Below, piece by piece: positions 60,663 through 64,000 of a stretch of 64,000 nt of DNA. Source of the stretch: Malacoraja senta (lineage: Eukaryota); the NCBI GenBank assembly GCA_038087875.1, contig CM075993.1:496001-560000 (forward strand), in the 5' to 3' direction. A program made the position numbers and the translations under genes. The first letter of the stretch is position 1; each line of letters opens with the position of its first letter. The notes beneath the pieces are model-generated. The model saw nothing but the letters and a program-made list of their open reading frames with translations. It was not told the DNA's origin and ran no database searches.

Positions 60663-61173
60663 AGGGCTGTCCCACTGCGGCGACCTAATTGGCGAGTTTA
60701 GAAGAGTTTAGGAGAGTTTGAAAAAGTGTCATGTGGAAGACCTCCTTCGACTATGTAGACCTCCTTCGACTATGTTGAAGACTAATTTCGACTAGCTACA
60801 ACTAGCTTCGGGAAAATTGGACACCGAATAGTGGAGAGTGAAGATGATCTCCTTCGACCTCCCTTTGACTATGTTGAAGACTATCTACGACTACCTTTGA
60901 CTACCCTTGATTATCTACGAATAATTTGCCGACCTACTACGACCTACTTTGACTAATTGTGCAAGTAAAAAAAAAAAAATTTCCATGGCGACTTTTTTTA
61001 ACTTGCGGGCATTTTTCAACAAGTTGAGGCCTCGAGTACGCGGAGACTACTCTCGAGCATGAAGGAGAGTTACAAAGACCTCCTCGGACCTTGTGTCGAC
61101 CATGCTGCGAGTATGAGTCGAGGGCAAACTCTTTTAAACTAGCCAATTAAGTTGCCGCAATGGGACAGCCCCT
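60663..61173. mobile_element. MITE, about 511 bp, about 50-bp TIRs, TTAA-flanked (Kolobok- or Harbinger-like)
   Basis: TTAA|AGGGCTGTCCCACTGCGGCGACCTAATTGGCGAGTTTAGAAGAGTTT versus right reverse complement TTAA|AGGGGCTGTCCCATTGCGGCAACTTAATTGGCTAGTTTAAAAGAGTTT; internal CGACTA-type repeats. Confidence 0.88.
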
Positions 61174-61465
61174 TTAATACTTCCTCCTTGGCCTGCTAAG
61201 TTATCCAGTCCTTTATTACACAGTAGTATGTTGTGTTTAGCATCTTTACCCACAAATAGATCCATTTATACCATCAACCTTTCTAATTAAACGAGCACTT
61301 GTTTTAAATAAACTATGACTGTATTTGATGGCTTTTGTATTTTGGTTGGGAATTTAGACTAGAATATAAATTGCAGCCAGTTATAGTTGGAGCAATGCTT
61401 ACTGTACCATAATTGGGTTAATATCCTGCCTGCACAGTTTTGGAACCGCATCGACATTGGAAGGT

Positions 61466-61689
61466 AGGAACAAGGAACTGCAGATGCTGGTTTAGCAAGG
61501 AAAGGCACAAGATGCTGGAGTAACTCAGTGGATAGGTGACGTTTTGGGTCAGACACTTCTACAGTCTGAAGAAGGGTCCCTACCCAAAACAAAAAAATAA
61601 GTGTCCTCATCCAAAGCGTCATCTATCCATGTACTCCGGGGATGCTGCCTGACTCGCTGAGTTACTCCAGCATTTTTACTCTTCCCAAG
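61466..61689. mobile_element. Penelope-derived fold-back element with 10-bp TSD
   Basis: ATTGGAAGGT at 61456-61465 and 61690-61699. Confidence 0.75.
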
Positions 61690-61719
61690 ATTGGAAGGTT
61701 CTATGTTTTTTGCATGTTT

Positions 61720-61872
61720 TCAAGAGAGTTAGATTTAGCTCTTAGGGCTAACGGAATCAAAGGATATGGGGAAAAAGCCGGAACGGGGTACTGATTTTGG
61801 ATGATCAGCCATGATCATATTAAATGGCTCAAAGGGCCAAATGGCCTACTCCTGCACGTATTTTCTATGTAT
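61720..61872 (+). mobile_element. CR1 3' tail
   Basis: GAGTTAGATTTAGCTCTTAGGGCTAACGGAATCAAAGGATATGGGG...CCTACTCCTGCACGTATTTTCTATGT; reverse complement of the 176-350 tail type. Confidence 0.8.
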
Positions 61873-63094
61873 TGTGTTGTGAGGCTAGGGCCTCTGTGTT
61901 TGTGGTTTACGGAGAGAGAAGTCATTCTGATTGGGGCTGAGGGACATTGACTGAAAGTGGTGGAAGGGATGCGTCAAAACTGTAACTTGAGATTTTTAGT
62001 TGTTGTCACCACCAGATTTTTGGTGGGTTTTCTTGTCTATAGGGAACCTTGGTAAGGCTGCCAACATGAAACTGTTGAATACATCGGCACCAAATTAATT
62101 AATGAGTGTGAGAGAGAGCCTGAAGTTGGGGTGCATGTCTGAAAATCTGCTTTTCTTTTCAATGTTGTTTGTTCAGAGTCAGTTATAGGCCCCTCTAGAA
62201 CTCACTCATTCATCCAGCATTAGCTCTTGTTTTCTTTGGAAACACATACATGCCTGTTGAACGATGCCAAGAGCTACAGGCTGTAAGCTTACAGCTTGGA
62301 CACACAAGACTCTGTGTGCATGCAGCTAATGAAATGCCCCTTTAGAAACCAGTATGGAAAAAATTGCGTTTTGAGTTCTTTTTAAATGTTGGGTGTTAGT
62401 GAAATAATAAAGTGCTATTTGTTTGAGATTGGCCAATGCAAATGACCTTCTGTACTTTAATAAAGCACTTAACCAGGCAAGCACCCGTCTCTGTGCTTTC
62501 GATAGGTGAGAGGGACAGCTTGTTCATGACCATGGAAACAAGCGGGGCCCTCAGAATGTTGCATGTGAGGGAGGAATGTGTGGGCAGGCTGTAGCTGATG
62601 GAAGGATAAACCATGGTTGGTCTGTGGAACGTTGCTTACACTGTACAACTGTTTGTCAATTGGAATCTTCCCAAAAAACATTTTCAATCGATGCAGATCT
62701 GAAACAACTCATTACTTGCACTGTAATTAAAAAATAGTTTTGGAGATGTGTGCTGAGTTAGCTGATGGCATTATAAGACCGGGGATTCATCCAGAGTTCT
62801 TGCTCTGAATACTTGGAAAGAGTTGTTGGATGGTTGCCGAGGACAGCAGCAGTCTCAGCTGTGATGGCCTCAATGATCGAATGACCGGTACTGATGAATA
62901 GCAGTTTGGTGAGGCGCCAAGAAACCATTGGTTCTGGGCAGCGATGCTCCTGGGCAGCGCGCGGGAATTAACCCAAACTATTTTGGTCACTTTTCAGCGG
63001 ACCTCCGAATCAGCTCAGCACAGTAGCTGGTATTTATCTGATTTTAGAGTAAATAATATCATAGATTTTCCACTTGCATTATGCCTACACCAGT

Positions 63095-63290
63095 GTGTAG
63101 GAGGGAACTGCAGATGCTGGTTTACACCGAAGATAAACACAAAGTGCTGGAGTAACTCTGGGACAGTCACCATCTCCGGAGAGAAGAAATGGGTGTTGTT
63201 TCAGGTCAAGCATCACCCAAAACGTCGCCCATTCATTCTCTTCGGAGATGCTGCCCGTCTCGCTGAGTTACTCCAGCATTTTGCGTCTAT
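63095..63290. mobile_element. Penelope-derived fold-back element with about 13-bp TSD
   Basis: TGCCTAYACCAGT at 63082-63094 and 63291-63303. Confidence 0.75.
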
Positions 63291-64000
63291 TGCCTATACC
63301 AGTTTAGATTGTTCAGTTTGTTATCAGCATCACAACATGAAAATCTAGCCTCGTGTTTAAAACAAGTTGGTGTATAACTTCCAGAGCAGGTAGTTAAAAG
63401 CAACGTATAAGCAGTTATCTCCTTCCCCAATACTCTCTTATCATTTTGTAGTTATTGACTTTTCTCAGAGGTGTAATTCCATAGACTGCAGAGATTGAAT
63501 TGGAAGGAGAATCCTGGTGTGCAGCCTGTTTGTTCAGCTGGGTGAGGGTTCTCGGCCCCTTTGTTTCATGGCATTGGGTGTGGGCTGGTGCAGAGAGAGA
63601 TGAGCACATGGTGTATGTTAATTGCTGACGGTTTGCGGAGGTTAGCTGTGCTGGTAACATGATGTATGCAGCTTTGTTCAGCACTAAGGGATTGTTTTGA
63701 ATGGAGAATGTATCTGGTGTGCTGGATTTTGTAGAGTCGGTCGGACTGTAACGTAAAGGTGTTCTGCAGCATTAATAGGTGTGCTAGAGTTGTGGGATTG
63801 TGTGGGGCATGGTGTATAGTTGCCATTCTTGGTGGATGATCTCCATCAGGGTATACATTTCTTACACTTAAATTCACGTATTGCGAACATTACCATGTCT
63901 TTACAGTGATCCCATTTCAGTTGATTGAACCCAGAGGGAGGAGATGGGGATTATTGGGGGTGGTGGTGGGGAATTGTGCTATATCTCTGTTGCTAATGCT

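Noticed and set aside
50694-64000. Second exon of the signal-peptide gene
   Set aside because: No Ig-domain-like or other convincing spliced coding segment found; treated as intron, which leaves the NEO1 assignment unconfirmed.

Overview
Eukaryotic, intron-rich genomic DNA. The repeat content (CR1 LINEs, HE1-type SINEs, Penelope-derived short repeats) points to a cartilaginous fish, probably a skate or ray; this is inference. From left to right: (1) the last ten coding exons of LRRC49 (+, 1469-17504; 5' exons lie outside the window). (2) A canonical tRNA-His(GTG) gene (-, 23005-23076) with CRE-, ZNF143- and NRF1-like motifs upstream and a duplicated acceptor-strand motif in its 3' trailer. 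(3) A complete 7-exon ADPGK gene (+, 30569-44632; 491 or 492 aa depending on a CAGCAG tandem acceptor). (4) A CpG-island first exon encoding a signal peptide (+, 50627-50693), tentatively NEO1, followed by at least 13 kb with no recognisable exon. The rest is dominated by transposon debris: CR1, Rex/Babar, Tx1 and Penelope fragments, SINEs, two related TIR MITEs and a hAT MITE spanning an assembly gap. The most striking non-genic signal is a dense family (about 20 copies or fragments) of short Penelope-derived, often fold-back elements. Many carry their own 9-17 bp target-site duplications and a minimal hammerhead-ribozyme core (CTGAAGA-stem II-GAAACGTH), and one copy is still attached to a GIY-YIG endonuclease fragment. 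There are no prokaryotic features. Repeat boundaries are approximate; exon boundaries were read from splice sites and frame continuity.
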